Assembly: GCA_002494205.1 (NCBI GenBank)
Contig: DLBE01000024.1
Span: 1 to 41,611, forward strand
Source: Bacillales bacterium UBA7029
Lineage (GTDB): Bacteria; Bacillota_I; Bacilli_A; RFN20; CAG-826
Direction: 5' to 3'
Length of the DNA: 41,611 nt
Positions 26,802 through 36,124 of this stretch are shown piece by piece. Numbering within the stretch: position 1 is the stretch's first letter; every line of letters starts with the position of its first letter. Position numbers and translations under genes: made by a program. The notes beneath the pieces were generated by a model, which was not told the DNA's origin, did no database searches, and saw only the letters and a program-made list of their open reading frames with translations.

Positions 26802-27722
26802 ATGTCAAAATATAGAGAAGTAAAAATAGTAGATAATTTCTATCAAAATAGTTTGTTTTATCCAATGCCGACGGTTGCAATTTCAACCTTAGCAGAAGAT
26901 GGATCTACAACAATTGGAGCCTATTCTTTAGTGTTTCCGTATTATATTGCTGGAAAAGATTATTATGCGATGATTTTAGAATGCAGAAACTCATCAAATA
27001 CTGCGCAGAACATATTAAGAACAGGCAAATGTGCTTTGAATTTTATCTTTGATAACAGAAAAGATTTTAAAGAACTTGTCCGCCTAGGATTTCCTGGTAA
27101 AACTCCTCAAGAAAAGATGAAGGATTGCCACTTCAAATTAATTAAAGGAGAAGCTGAAGGCGAAAGACCATTAATTTTAGAAGATGCATACCAAGTTCTT
27201 GAATGCACTTGGGACGAATCTTTAGAAAAAGGTTATGAATCAAAGAAACATATTGGTGAATTAGAGGGTGTAGAACCTCCTTACAAAGATTTCAATGGTA
27301 TTACATCAAAATTCGGTTGTCACTTTATCTTAAAAATAGACAAGATTTTGATGGTTGAGAAATTCGCGGATAACTTAAAGAATGGTTTAAAGAGAAATTC
27401 TTTCCCTAAAGTACCAGTTGATTATGGTTATCACGATTCTAAAAACTTTTGGTATATGAGATTTGGTGGTCTTAAACCAGTTTCAGAACCAATCGCTGCG
27501 ACTAATGCCGGATCTGTTGAATCGGTTATGTATTGTGCGGAAAGATTAGATACAAAAGTTAAATTTACAAAAGAAGCGTGTGAACTATACGTAAAAATTC
27601 CTCGACCATTTATGAAAGCGGCTTTAACTCAAATTGCAAAAATAGCCGAAGAGAACGGAATAATGGTTATTGATAAAGCAGCAGCCGAAAAGATTGCCGA
27701 AATAAGAAAAAAGTCAAAATAG
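26802..27722 (+). CDS. flavin-reductase-like (split-barrel FMN-binding) domain protein with a C-terminal extension
   Basis: LFYPMPTVAISTLAEDGSTTIGAYS ... TAQNILRTGKCALNF resembles flavin reductase domain proteins. GAGG Shine-Dalgarno upstream. Confidence 0.55.
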   Translation: MSKYREVKIVDNFYQNSLFYPMPTVAISTLAEDGSTTIGAYSLVFPYYIAGKDYYAMILECRNSSNTAQNILRTGKCALNFIFDNRKDFKELVRLGFPGKTPQEKMKDCHFKLIKGEAEGERPLILEDAYQVLECTWDESLEKGYESKKHIGELEGVEPPYKDFNGITSKFGCHFILKIDKILMVEKFADNLKNGLKRNSFPKVPVDYGYHDSKNFWYMRFGGLKPVSEPIAATNAGSVESVMYCAERLDTKVKFTKEACELYVKIPRPFMKAALTQIAKIAEENGIMVIDKAAAEKIAEIRKKSK

Positions 27723-27746
27723 TCAGGAAAAACCTATAAATTTTTT

Positions 27747-27787
27747 AAGAAATAGATAATTGTGAATTCGATTATCTTTTTCTTTTT
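27747..27787 (+). terminator. rho-independent terminator after the flavin-reductase-like gene
   Basis: AGATAAT-tgtgaattcg-ATTATCT core, extendable with flanking AAGAAAT/TTTTCTT pairing, followed by a T-rich tract. Confidence 0.7.
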
Positions 27788-27845
27788 AAATTGACTGTGA
27801 TAGCATATACACAGTTTTTTTAATTTTAAAAAAGGAACTTTATAT

Positions 27846-29348
27846 ATGGAAAACGAAAAAGCAAAAAAAGAACATAGCACTTTTTGGAAAGAATTCTGGA
27901 GAACAGTTAAATATTTCCTTGTAGCTGGATTAGCAGGATTAATTCAATTTGGTGTTTGTACCTTATTTGATGAAGTATTTTATGCAAAATTTGAAGGCCA
28001 ATATTACTATGTATTTTACTTTGTTGCATTAGTCTTATCTGTTCTTTGGAACTTCACCATAAATAGAAGCGTTACATTCAAATCAGTAGGCAACGTTCCT
28101 AAAGCAATGCTTAAGGTATTGGCTTACTATGTTGTTTTTACTCCTCTTTCACTCCAATTCTCCTACTACGCAATTGGTTGGAAGATTCCAGATATGGTAG
28201 TTACCGTAATAAATATTTTAGTAAACGGTATAACCGAATACTTATTTATGAGATTGTTTGTATTTAAGAAAGAAATTGATACTCTTAATGAGCAAACAAA
28301 GAAACCATTATCATTTAAATTTGTTTTCTTTGTTGTATGGGTCATTGCAGTTGTCCTTTTAGGACTTAACGGTATTATTCTTGCAATTTCTAATACAACT
28401 TGGGTTGTTCTTTGGGTTTTTGTTGGTCTTGCTGCTGTTACTCTTATATGGGGAACAATCTTTTTGATTGTTAGACACAATTTAAGAAAGGTTGGTAAAG
28501 ATATTGGAGATCGTAGAGATGCTAAATTAATTAGAGATGTTGACGGAATTCATATCGCTATGGCCCAACTTTATAATGGTAGAACTCAAAATGAAGCTTA
28601 TATTAATGAACAAGTTGATTTGCAACCTCTAAAAGATTGGATTGCAAAACATCCAGATGAAGAATTCAAATATACTTTCTTCCATATTCTTGTTGCGGCT
28701 TTACTAAAGATGTTAATACTTAGACCTAGATTAAATAGATTTATCTCTAATAGACACTATTATCAGAAAGATGAACGCTCTATTGGGTTCATTGTTAAAA
28801 GACAATTTTCAGATGATGGTGGAGAAGGAATGGCTGTTGTTCGTGCTGTTGAACAAACAAACATCTTTGATGTTCATAAATTGATTAAAGAACAAGTCAT
28901 ACCTTGTAGAAAAGGAAATCATTCTGGTGCTGAAAATGCATTAGATATATTTAAAAAATTACCTCATTGGCTTACATGCGTTGTTTTTAACACAATTATG
29001 CGCTGGTCTAAAAAAGGAAAACTTCCTAGATCACTTATGGAAGGAGATTCAAACCATTGTTCCGCATTTGTCACTAATTTAGGCTCAATAGGACTTAAAT
29101 GTGGTTACCATCATTTGATGGAATATGGAACAAACTCAATATTTGTTGTTATTGGTCAAAAGAAAATGACTCCTTTTTATAAAGAAGATGGAAGTGTTGA
29201 AATGAGAGAAACACTTGATGTTGGATTTACTATTGATGAAAGAATTGCAGATGGTTATTACTATGCAAAATCAATGAAAATCTTCAGAAAAGTACTAGAA
29301 AATCCAGAATTACTTGAACTTCCATTTGATACAGAGGTAGAAATCTAA
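27846..29348 (+). CDS. fusion protein: N-terminal GtrA-like 4-TM domain, two extra TMs, and a C-terminal 2-oxoacid-dehydrogenase/CAT-like acyltransferase catalytic domain
   Basis: GtrA-like segment VAGLAGLIQFG ... WNFTINRSVTFK ... EYLFMRLFVF. The C-terminal segment SAFVTNLGSIG ... TIDERIADGYYYAKSMKIFRKVLENPELL is collinear with the E2 motif S..TN.G...DHR..DG....F......LE.P..LL. Confidence 0.75.
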   Translation: MENEKAKKEHSTFWKEFWRTVKYFLVAGLAGLIQFGVCTLFDEVFYAKFEGQYYYVFYFVALVLSVLWNFTINRSVTFKSVGNVPKAMLKVLAYYVVFTPLSLQFSYYAIGWKIPDMVVTVINILVNGITEYLFMRLFVFKKEIDTLNEQTKKPLSFKFVFFVVWVIAVVLLGLNGIILAISNTTWVVLWVFVGLAAVTLIWGTIFLIVRHNLRKVGKDIGDRRDAKLIRDVDGIHIAMAQLYNGRTQNEAYINEQVDLQPLKDWIAKHPDEEFKYTFFHILVAALLKMLILRPRLNRFISNRHYYQKDERSIGFIVKRQFSDDGGEGMAVVRAVEQTNIFDVHKLIKEQVIPCRKGNHSGAENALDIFKKLPHWLTCVVFNTIMRWSKKGKLPRSLMEGDSNHCSAFVTNLGSIGLKCGYHHLMEYGTNSIFVVIGQKKMTPFYKEDGSVEMRETLDVGFTIDERIADGYYYAKSMKIFRKVLENPELLELPFDTEVEI

Positions 29349-29349
29349 A

Positions 29350-31059
29350 ATGAAAGAACTTTATAAAACCCCATGGGAAAGTTCGATGGGTGAAGTTCCA
29401 ATGCATTTGGATTATTTTCAAGGCATGATGGTTGAGTTTGTTGAAGAAGTTGCAGACAAATACCCAAATGTTATTGCGCTTAATTTCATGCACACCAAAA
29501 TTACATATAGAGAACTTGTAGAAGAAATTCATAGAACCGCAAAATCATTTCAAGCCATAGGATTAAAAGAAGGGGATCATGTAGTTATTGCGATGCCAAA
29601 CTGCCCACAAGGCATTTATGCCTTCTATGCAGTTAACTTAATTGGTGGTGTTGCTCATATGATTCACCCGCTAAGTGCAGAAAAAGAAATTTTGTTCTAT
29701 ATTCAAGATTCTAAGTGCAAATTAGTTTTAACCATAAATGCTTTCTATAAGAAATTTATTCCTGCAATTACGGAAGGAAATGTAGAACATTTCTTGTTAG
29801 CAAATCTTAAAGATGTTTTAAATCCTTTAATGAAAGTCGGCTTTCAAATAACAACAGGTAGAAAAATACCTAAACTTCCAAAAGATGGTTCGAATATTAC
29901 TTGGAAGAACTTCATTAAACTAGGAAATGACCGCGAACTTATACGCGCTCATAAAGATAAAGATGAGACAGCTGTCGTTCTTTATTCAGGGGGAACAACA
30001 GGAACTCCTAAAGGAATTGCCTTATCTAACCTAAATTTTAACGCTTTAGCGGCTCAAATCGTGGCTACAAACCCAATGTATAGGGTAAGTGACACCATGC
30101 TCGCAGCTATGCCTTTATTCCATGGATTTGGTTTAGGCGTATGTGTTCACTCAATACTTTGCGGTGGCGGAACTTGTATTTTGGTTCCAAGGTTTACCGC
30201 AGATTCATATTCTAAGCTTGTTGTTAAATATCGCTGCAATTTTATTGCAGGTGTCCCAACATTATATGAAGCTTTAACAAGAACAAAAGTAATGAATAAA
30301 GCTGATTTATCATGCCTAAAAGGCGTATTTTCAGGCGGAGATTCTCTTTCTGTTGAACTAAAAAAGAAATTTGATACGTTTTTAAAGGATCATAAAGCCA
30401 CAATTCAAATAAGAGAAGGCTATGGAACAACTGAATGTGTTACAGCTTCTTGTTTAACACCTTTAACTAAAGCAAAAGAAGGCTCTATAGGTATTCCTTT
30501 CCCTGATACTTACTATAAAATAGTAAAACCAGGAACTGATGATGAACTCCCTTATGGTGAAGAGGGCGAAATTATTCTCGCTGGACCAACTGTAATGAAA
30601 GAATACACAAATCATCCCGAAGAAACTGCTGATACACTCCACAAAGATAAATTTGGAACTGTATGGTTACATACTGGAGATCTTGGTTATATGGATGACG
30701 AAGGTTTTATTTACTTTAGAGGAAGAATTAAAAGACTTATCATAACTAGTGGTTATAACGTTTATCCAGCTCAGATTGAAAATATTATTGAAAAACATGA
30801 TGCAGTTCAAATGAGTTGTGTAATTGGCGTTCCAGACCCATATAGAATGCATAAAGTCAAAGCTTATATTGTTCTTAAAAAAGGAAAAGTCCCATCTGAA
30901 TTATTAAAGCAGTCAATATTAAATCACTGCAAAAAATATATCGCGAAATACGCGATGCCTAGAGAAATTGAATTTAGGGACGATCTTCCAAAAACTTTGG
31001 TTGGAAAAGTTGCCTATCGTCAGCTTGAAGAAGAAGTCTTAAATAATATGAAAGAGTAG
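29350..31059 (+). CDS. AMP-dependent synthetase/ligase (acyl-CoA or acyl-AMP ligase)
   Basis: AMP-binding motif YSGGTTGTPKG, plus GYGTTE, GDLGYMDDEGFIYFRGRIKRLI and a C-terminal PKTLVGK. Starts 1 nt after the upstream stop, with GAGGT Shine-Dalgarno. Confidence 0.9.
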   Translation: MKELYKTPWESSMGEVPMHLDYFQGMMVEFVEEVADKYPNVIALNFMHTKITYRELVEEIHRTAKSFQAIGLKEGDHVVIAMPNCPQGIYAFYAVNLIGGVAHMIHPLSAEKEILFYIQDSKCKLVLTINAFYKKFIPAITEGNVEHFLLANLKDVLNPLMKVGFQITTGRKIPKLPKDGSNITWKNFIKLGNDRELIRAHKDKDETAVVLYSGGTTGTPKGIALSNLNFNALAAQIVATNPMYRVSDTMLAAMPLFHGFGLGVCVHSILCGGGTCILVPRFTADSYSKLVVKYRCNFIAGVPTLYEALTRTKVMNKADLSCLKGVFSGGDSLSVELKKKFDTFLKDHKATIQIREGYGTTECVTASCLTPLTKAKEGSIGIPFPDTYYKIVKPGTDDELPYGEEGEIILAGPTVMKEYTNHPEETADTLHKDKFGTVWLHTGDLGYMDDEGFIYFRGRIKRLIITSGYNVYPAQIENIIEKHDAVQMSCVIGVPDPYRMHKVKAYIVLKKGKVPSELLKQSILNHCKKYIAKYAMPREIEFRDDLPKTLVGKVAYRQLEEEVLNNMKE

Positions 31060-31068
31060 GAAAAAACC

Positions 31069-31767
31069 ATGAAAAATCACGCAAAAACACTATTATTTGG
31101 AATCTATGCAGGCCTTGCAATTGGCTTTGGTGGATTGCTCAATATTATCGCAAACACACTTCTAAAAGATTATGCTCCTTGGGGTCGTATTTTGGGTTCG
31201 TTTTTGTTCCCTATTGGACTTACATTAGTTTGTTTTCTTGGCCTAAATCTTTTTACAGGTAAGATTGGATACCTTTTTGATAACAAAAAAGATTATTTAG
31301 GATTTCTAGGTCTCGTATACTTAGGAAATCTAATTGGAGCTTTGCTTATCGGATTGTTCTGTTATTTAGTTTTCCAGAACACCGGTTTATATTGGACTAA
31401 CTCAGGCATTGCTTTAGCAAAGATAACTGTGCCGAAGTTTTTAGATATTATGAAACAGTTTGCTGGAGCAGTTTTGTGCGGTGTTTGCGTATACGTTGCT
31501 GTTTTCTGTTACAAAATATTTAAAAATGTGATTTTAAAAGTTATTGGTATTTTTGTACCAATATTCTTGTTTGTTTTCTTTAAGTTTGATCACTGCATTG
31601 CAAATATGTATTATTTCATGTTCTATCCAGAATGCTACGCTAATGGTTATGCATATCTTAGTTTAGTGATTGTTACCCTCGGAAATTCACTTGGAGCAAT
31701 AGCTTTAAACGAACTTATAAAAGCATTCAAAAAACTATTCTTAAAAAATGACAAAAAAAGTATATAA
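31069..31767 (+). CDS. formate/nitrite transporter (FNT) family channel, short form
   Basis: Six hydrophobic spans with GLNLFTGK and FDHCIANMYYF, characteristic of FNT proteins. Confidence 0.7.
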   Translation: MKNHAKTLLFGIYAGLAIGFGGLLNIIANTLLKDYAPWGRILGSFLFPIGLTLVCFLGLNLFTGKIGYLFDNKKDYLGFLGLVYLGNLIGALLIGLFCYLVFQNTGLYWTNSGIALAKITVPKFLDIMKQFAGAVLCGVCVYVAVFCYKIFKNVILKVIGIFVPIFLFVFFKFDHCIANMYYFMFYPECYANGYAYLSLVIVTLGNSLGAIALNELIKAFKKLFLKNDKKSI

Positions 31768-32617
31768 AATACCTTATCTTGGATATCACACAAGAGCTTA
31801 TGTTTTAGGCAACTTAAATAGTGGCATTCCTTTAATCATTTTGCATGGTGGACCTGGTGGTTGCATTGAACGTTATGAACCACTTGAAAAATTGGCAGAA
31901 TTTGGGATTCCTTTAATCTTCTATGATCAACTTGGATGTGGTTATTCAAAAGTGCCAAAGAACCACAAAATCATATGGAATTTCCCTGTTTTTCTCGATG
32001 AATTCACGAATTTAGTTAGATATTTTAAACTTAAAAAATATAACGTTTTAGGGCATTCTTGGGGTGGCATGCTGGCCCTTGAATATGTCTGTAATTTTGA
32101 CCATAAAGGCCTCGAAAAATTAATCCTTTTTTCAACCCTTCCTTCGACAAAAATTTGGAATGAAGAACACATCAAAATATTCGATGAATTTAGCCCTTCC
32201 GAAAAGGCCGCCTTATTAGCAGAAAAAGACGGTCAAAAATATGATAAAAAGGAATACAAAAAAGCAGTAAAAAAGTTTATTAAAAATCATGTTGGAAAAA
32301 AGAGTACTGAACTTTATCCGTTTAAACGCAAAAAATTTCCAAAAACCAATAAGGAAATTTATGAAAAGATGTGGGGCAAGTCAGAATTTTTTGGAACAGG
32401 AACTTTGAAAGACTGGAATGTTGAATCAAAACTTAAAAATATTGATGTTCCAACTCTAATATTATCTGGAGCTTTAGATGAATCATCTCCAAGGATGAAT
32501 GAACTCATGAATAAAGAGATAAAAAATTCAAAATGGGTTCTATTAAAAAAGTCTCATCACATTGGCTATGTTGAAGAGACTAATCTAGTTATCGAAACAA
32601 TTAAGAACTTTATTTAA
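31748..32617 (+). CDS. proline iminopeptidase-family alpha/beta hydrolase
   Basis: LHGGPGG oxyanion motif and the GHSWGG nucleophile elbow. 20-nt overlap with the FNT gene. Confidence 0.8.
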   Translation: MTKKVYKIPYLGYHTRAYVLGNLNSGIPLIILHGGPGGCIERYEPLEKLAEFGIPLIFYDQLGCGYSKVPKNHKIIWNFPVFLDEFTNLVRYFKLKKYNVLGHSWGGMLALEYVCNFDHKGLEKLILFSTLPSTKIWNEEHIKIFDEFSPSEKAALLAEKDGQKYDKKEYKKAVKKFIKNHVGKKSTELYPFKRKKFPKTNKEIYEKMWGKSEFFGTGTLKDWNVESKLKNIDVPTLILSGALDESSPRMNELMNKEIKNSKWVLLKKSHHIGYVEETNLVIETIKNFI

Positions 32618-33599
32618 TAAGTTCCAAAAGATATCTCTTAATTTTGTCACTTGCAAAAGAAGATTTTATCGAATTTAGTGCAAATTCCCGCAAATTTTCT
32701 TCACTAAAGCCTAATTTTACAAGAGTTTCATATTCTTGTTTGAGAGTTGTGTTGGACACAGTCATATCATCGGTGTTAATTGAAATTTTAACACCTTTTT
32801 TAATGAATTCTTTAAGTGGAAGATCCTCGTATTTTGAGATTGTCTTGGTATCTAAATTAGATTTTGGGCAAACCTCTAAAGTCACGCCTCTTTTCGCGAG
32901 TTCTTTTATTACGTTATCATCTTCAATTGAATGGATACCGTGACCAATTCTTACTGCTCCATACTTTAAAGCTGATTTTACTGAAGATGCACCAGCTGCT
33001 TCACCTGCATGGATTGTTAATGGAATACCTAATTTGTTGATAAGTTTAAATTCTTCATCAAACATCTCATTAGGAAATAGTGCTTCTGCTCCTGCTAAGT
33101 CCATTGCAACAACGCCGTTACCTAAAAATTTCTTTGCAATGCTAATAGTTTCAAGATTCAATTTTAAGTTATCTTTTCCTCTCATCATGCAGAGTATTAA
33201 ATTCGAAAATATGCCTGATTTCTCGGCGATTTTGCATGTTTTTATTAAAGTTTCAACTACTTCTTCTTGTGTTAAACCTTTGGCGGTAGAAAGTTGTGGG
33301 GCCATACGTATTTCGACATACTTGAGGCCATCATTTTTTAATCTTTCTAATAAATCGAGAGTACATAACTCTAAACCTTCTTTTGTTTGTAGAACTAAAT
33401 TAGGCAAAGAAAAGCGCTCTAGATATTCGTTTAATGACCCACAATTATCGGGTACCATTAAATGTCTATTTAATTCTTCTTCATTAAAAGATGGTAATTT
33501 TATGTTTTCTTTTTTGGCTACTTCAATAATAGACTTAGCCGATAAAGAGCCGTCTAAATGCAAGTGGAGATCAACAATAGCGTATTTTTTGTAGTTCAT
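32610..33599 (-). CDS. add: adenosine deaminase
   Basis: VDLHLHLDGSL metal-binding motif, HAGE, and a late SINTDD motif. 329 aa. Confidence 0.9.
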   Translation of the reverse strand: MNYKKYAIVDLHLHLDGSLSAKSIIEVAKKENIKLPSFNEEELNRHLMVPDNCGSLNEYLERFSLPNLVLQTKEGLELCTLDLLERLKNDGLKYVEIRMAPQLSTAKGLTQEEVVETLIKTCKIAEKSGIFSNLILCMMRGKDNLKLNLETISIAKKFLGNGVVAMDLAGAEALFPNEMFDEEFKLINKLGIPLTIHAGEAAGASSVKSALKYGAVRIGHGIHSIEDDNVIKELAKRGVTLEVCPKSNLDTKTISKYEDLPLKEFIKKGVKISINTDDMTVSNTTLKQEYETLVKLGFSEENLREFALNSIKSSFASDKIKRYLLELIK

Positions 33600-33606
33600 T
33601 TAAATA

Positions 33607-33635
33607 ATTATATTCGTTTTTGTGGAAAAATAATA
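33607..33635 (-). promoter_or_regulatory. putative promoter of add with near-leaderless geometry
   Basis: On the minus strand TATAAT (33612-33607) sits 7 nt from the ATG at 33599, with no Shine-Dalgarno sequence. The -35 is weak (TATTAT). Confidence 0.4.
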
Positions 33636-33674
33636 ATTTTATATTAAAATATTATTCGCTGAAGGAGAAAAACA

Positions 33675-35006
33675 ATGAAAGAAATTACACTCGAAAAATT
33701 AGAAGAAGTTGAAAAAGAGTATCTCTCTGAAAAGACTTCAGCTATTGCAAGACATGCTCTTTCTAATTCTGATATTGCGGTCGTGGCCGCTTCAAAGGAT
33801 TCTGTTAAAAACATGGACTTTAATTTTGATATTAATATCAAAACAATGGCTGTTAACAACCAAAAAGCATCAGGAAGATGTTGGATTTTTGCCGCATGTA
33901 ATGGTATGCGCGAAATGATCGGCAAAAAGATTGGTGTTGGCTCATTCAAACTTTCACAAAGCTTTATTGCTTTCTATGACAAGTTAGAAAAACTCAACTA
34001 CACTCTTAATGCATTAATTGAGACAATTGATGCAGATTATGATGATAGAACGGTTCAATTCTTAGTCACAAATGGAATTGGTGATGGTGGTCAATGGGAC
34101 ATGCTCGTTAACGTTGTTAAAAAGTATGGTATCTGCCCAAAGAATGCGTTTGTTGAAACTTATACTTCCAACAATACAAGAATCTTAAATTCTTTACTTA
34201 ATGCTGAAGTTCGTAGATTCGCTAGCGAATGTCGTATTGTTAAGAAAGAAAAAGGATTGAAGGCTGTAGAAGAACTCAAAGAATCATATATGAAACGCTT
34301 CTATAAAGCACTTATTTCGTGCTACGGAATTCCACCAAAGAAATTCGACCTTAAATACACAGATGATAAAGGCGAATTCAAATGTGTTAAAGGATTTACA
34401 CCAAAATCATTCTTTGAAAAATATATTGGCTCAAAAATCGACGAATATGTTAGCTGCATTAATGCACCAACAAAATCAAAACCATTTGGAAAGAGCTATA
34501 CAGTCAAATATTTAGGTAATGTTGAAGGTGGTAAAGTTGTTAAACACTTAAATATTCCTATGGAAAGACTTAAAGAACTTATTATTCATCAACTTAAAGA
34601 CGGAGAAATCGTTTGGTTTGGTTCCGACGTCTCAAGTTATGGAGATAGAATGCGTGGCGTTTGGGATGATCAAGAATTTGATTTCAAATCCTTGTTAAAT
34701 CTCGACATTAAGATGGAAAAAGGAGAGTCATTAGACTTCCGTTCATCCGCAATGAATCACGCAATGTGTATTACTGGCGTGGCCTTTGATGAAAAAGGTG
34801 TTCCAACAAAATGGAAAATCGAAAACTCATGGGGCAACGATAGAGGAAAAGAAGGTTATTTCATCATGTCAGCAAGCTGGTTTGATCAATATACTTACCA
34901 AGCAGTTGTTAACAAGAAATACCTTACAAAAGAAGAACTCGCTGCATATGAAGCAGAACCAGTTGTACTCAAACCATGGGATCCAATGGGATCTTTAGCA
35001 GACTAA
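33675..35006 (+). CDS. pepC: aminopeptidase C (bleomycin-hydrolase-type C1 cysteine peptidase)
   Basis: Active-site QKASGRCWIFAA, the later NHAM..TG and ENSWG motifs, and size 443 aa. AAGGAG Shine-Dalgarno upstream. Confidence 0.9.
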   Translation: MKEITLEKLEEVEKEYLSEKTSAIARHALSNSDIAVVAASKDSVKNMDFNFDINIKTMAVNNQKASGRCWIFAACNGMREMIGKKIGVGSFKLSQSFIAFYDKLEKLNYTLNALIETIDADYDDRTVQFLVTNGIGDGGQWDMLVNVVKKYGICPKNAFVETYTSNNTRILNSLLNAEVRRFASECRIVKKEKGLKAVEELKESYMKRFYKALISCYGIPPKKFDLKYTDDKGEFKCVKGFTPKSFFEKYIGSKIDEYVSCINAPTKSKPFGKSYTVKYLGNVEGGKVVKHLNIPMERLKELIIHQLKDGEIVWFGSDVSSYGDRMRGVWDDQEFDFKSLLNLDIKMEKGESLDFRSSAMNHAMCITGVAFDEKGVPTKWKIENSWGNDRGKEGYFIMSASWFDQYTYQAVVNKKYLTKEELAAYEAEPVVLKPWDPMGSLAD

Positions 35007-35025
35007 TTTGATAAAGGAGTAATTT

Positions 35026-35775
35026 ATGTATAAATTAGTTATGATTAGACACGGTGAATCAGAATGGAATAAACTCAATTTATTCACTGGTTGGACTGAT
35101 GTCGAATTATCCGAGAAAGGTGTTATGGAAGCACATCGTGCTGGTAAGACCTTAAAAGAAGAAGGATATGACTTTGATGTTGTCTATACTTCTATGCTTA
35201 AAAGAGCAATTCATACAATGAATAATGTTCTTTTCGAACTTGACCGTGAATGGTTACCAGTTATTAAAACTTGGAGACTTAATGAACGTCACTATGGCGC
35301 TCTTCAAGGTTTAAACAAAGCTGAAACCGCTGAAAAGTATGGTGAAGAACAAGTTAAAGTTTGGAGAAGAAGTTATGATTGCCCACCTCCAGCATTAACA
35401 AAAGAAGACCCACGTAATCCAGCAAACCAAGCACAATTCAGAGATGTTCCAAGAGAAGATCTTCCTTTAACTGAATCTCTTGAACTTACAGTTGCACGTG
35501 CTGTTCCTTTCTTTGAAAAAGTCATTAGACCTGAAATGGAAAAAGGAAAACGCTGCTTAATCGTTGCTCACGGCAACTCATTAAGAGCACTTGTCAAATA
35601 TTTTGACAATATGCCAAAAGAAGAAATTGTTGGAGTTAACATCCCAACAGGCGTTCCACTAGTATATGAATTTGATGATAATATGAAAGCTGTCAAACAC
35701 TATTACTTAATGGACGAAGCCGCTTTAAAAGCTGAAATGGAAGCCGTTGCTAATCAAGGAAAAGTTAAGAAATAA
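35026..35775 (+). CDS. gpmA: 2,3-bisphosphoglycerate-dependent phosphoglycerate mutase
   Basis: [20 protein letters not shown] and AHGNSLRAL motifs. AAGGAG Shine-Dalgarno upstream. Confidence 0.95.
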   Translation: MYKLVMIRHGESEWNKLNLFTGWTDVELSEKGVMEAHRAGKTLKEEGYDFDVVYTSMLKRAIHTMNNVLFELDREWLPVIKTWRLNERHYGALQGLNKAETAEKYGEEQVKVWRRSYDCPPPALTKEDPRNPANQAQFRDVPREDLPLTESLELTVARAVPFFEKVIRPEMEKGKRCLIVAHGNSLRALVKYFDNMPKEEIVGVNIPTGVPLVYEFDDNMKAVKHYYLMDEAALKAEMEAVANQGKVKK

Positions 35776-35797
35776 GCGGAAAATATAGGGTTTTTTG

Positions 35798-36124
35798 ATG
35801 AAAAAAGAGACTTATGACAGATTAATGAAATTTAGAGACGACAGAGATTGGTCTCAATTTCATACTGGTGAAAATTTAGCTAAATCGATAATGATTGAAG
35901 CTGGCGAACTTCTTGAAGTTTTTCAATGGACAAATCAAGAAAAGTCTATTGATAAAGTAAAAGAAGAGCTTGCAGATGTTTTATCTTACTGTTATTTAAT
36001 GGCTGATCACTACCATTTGGACGTTGATGAGATTTTAAATAAAAAGTTAGATCAAAATGAAGCTAAGTATCCAGCTGACAAAGTCAGAGGTTCATCTAAA
36101 AAATATAACGAATATAAGAAATAA
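35798..36124 (+). CDS. MazG-like nucleotide pyrophosphohydrolase (small all-alpha NTP-PPase)
   Basis: EAGELLE and EELADVL metal-binding helices. About 108 aa. ATG at 35798 preferred over the TTG at 35795. Confidence 0.7.
   Translation: MKKETYDRLMKFRDDRDWSQFHTGENLAKSIMIEAGELLEVFQWTNQEKSIDKVKEELADVLSYCYLMADHYHLDVDEILNKKLDQNEAKYPADKVRGSSKKYNEYKK

Noticed and set aside
27791-27815. TTGACT followed by a TGTGA-N8-ACACA palindrome, considered as a promoter plus CRP/FNR-type site upstream of the GtrA fusion gene
   Set aside because: The half-site spacing (8) does not fit the TGTGA-N6-TCACA class. Only 4-5 bp per arm pair, and no acceptable -10 lies at the right distance from TTGACT.
33034-33594. 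186-aa ORF on the plus strand
   Set aside because: It is fully antisense to the well-supported add gene, and its S/F/L-rich composition is typical of a shadow ORF. The same applies to the other nested or antisense track ORFs (for example 4509-4814, 6467-6802, 7939-8244, 14807-15094, 28166-28480, 39158-39478).
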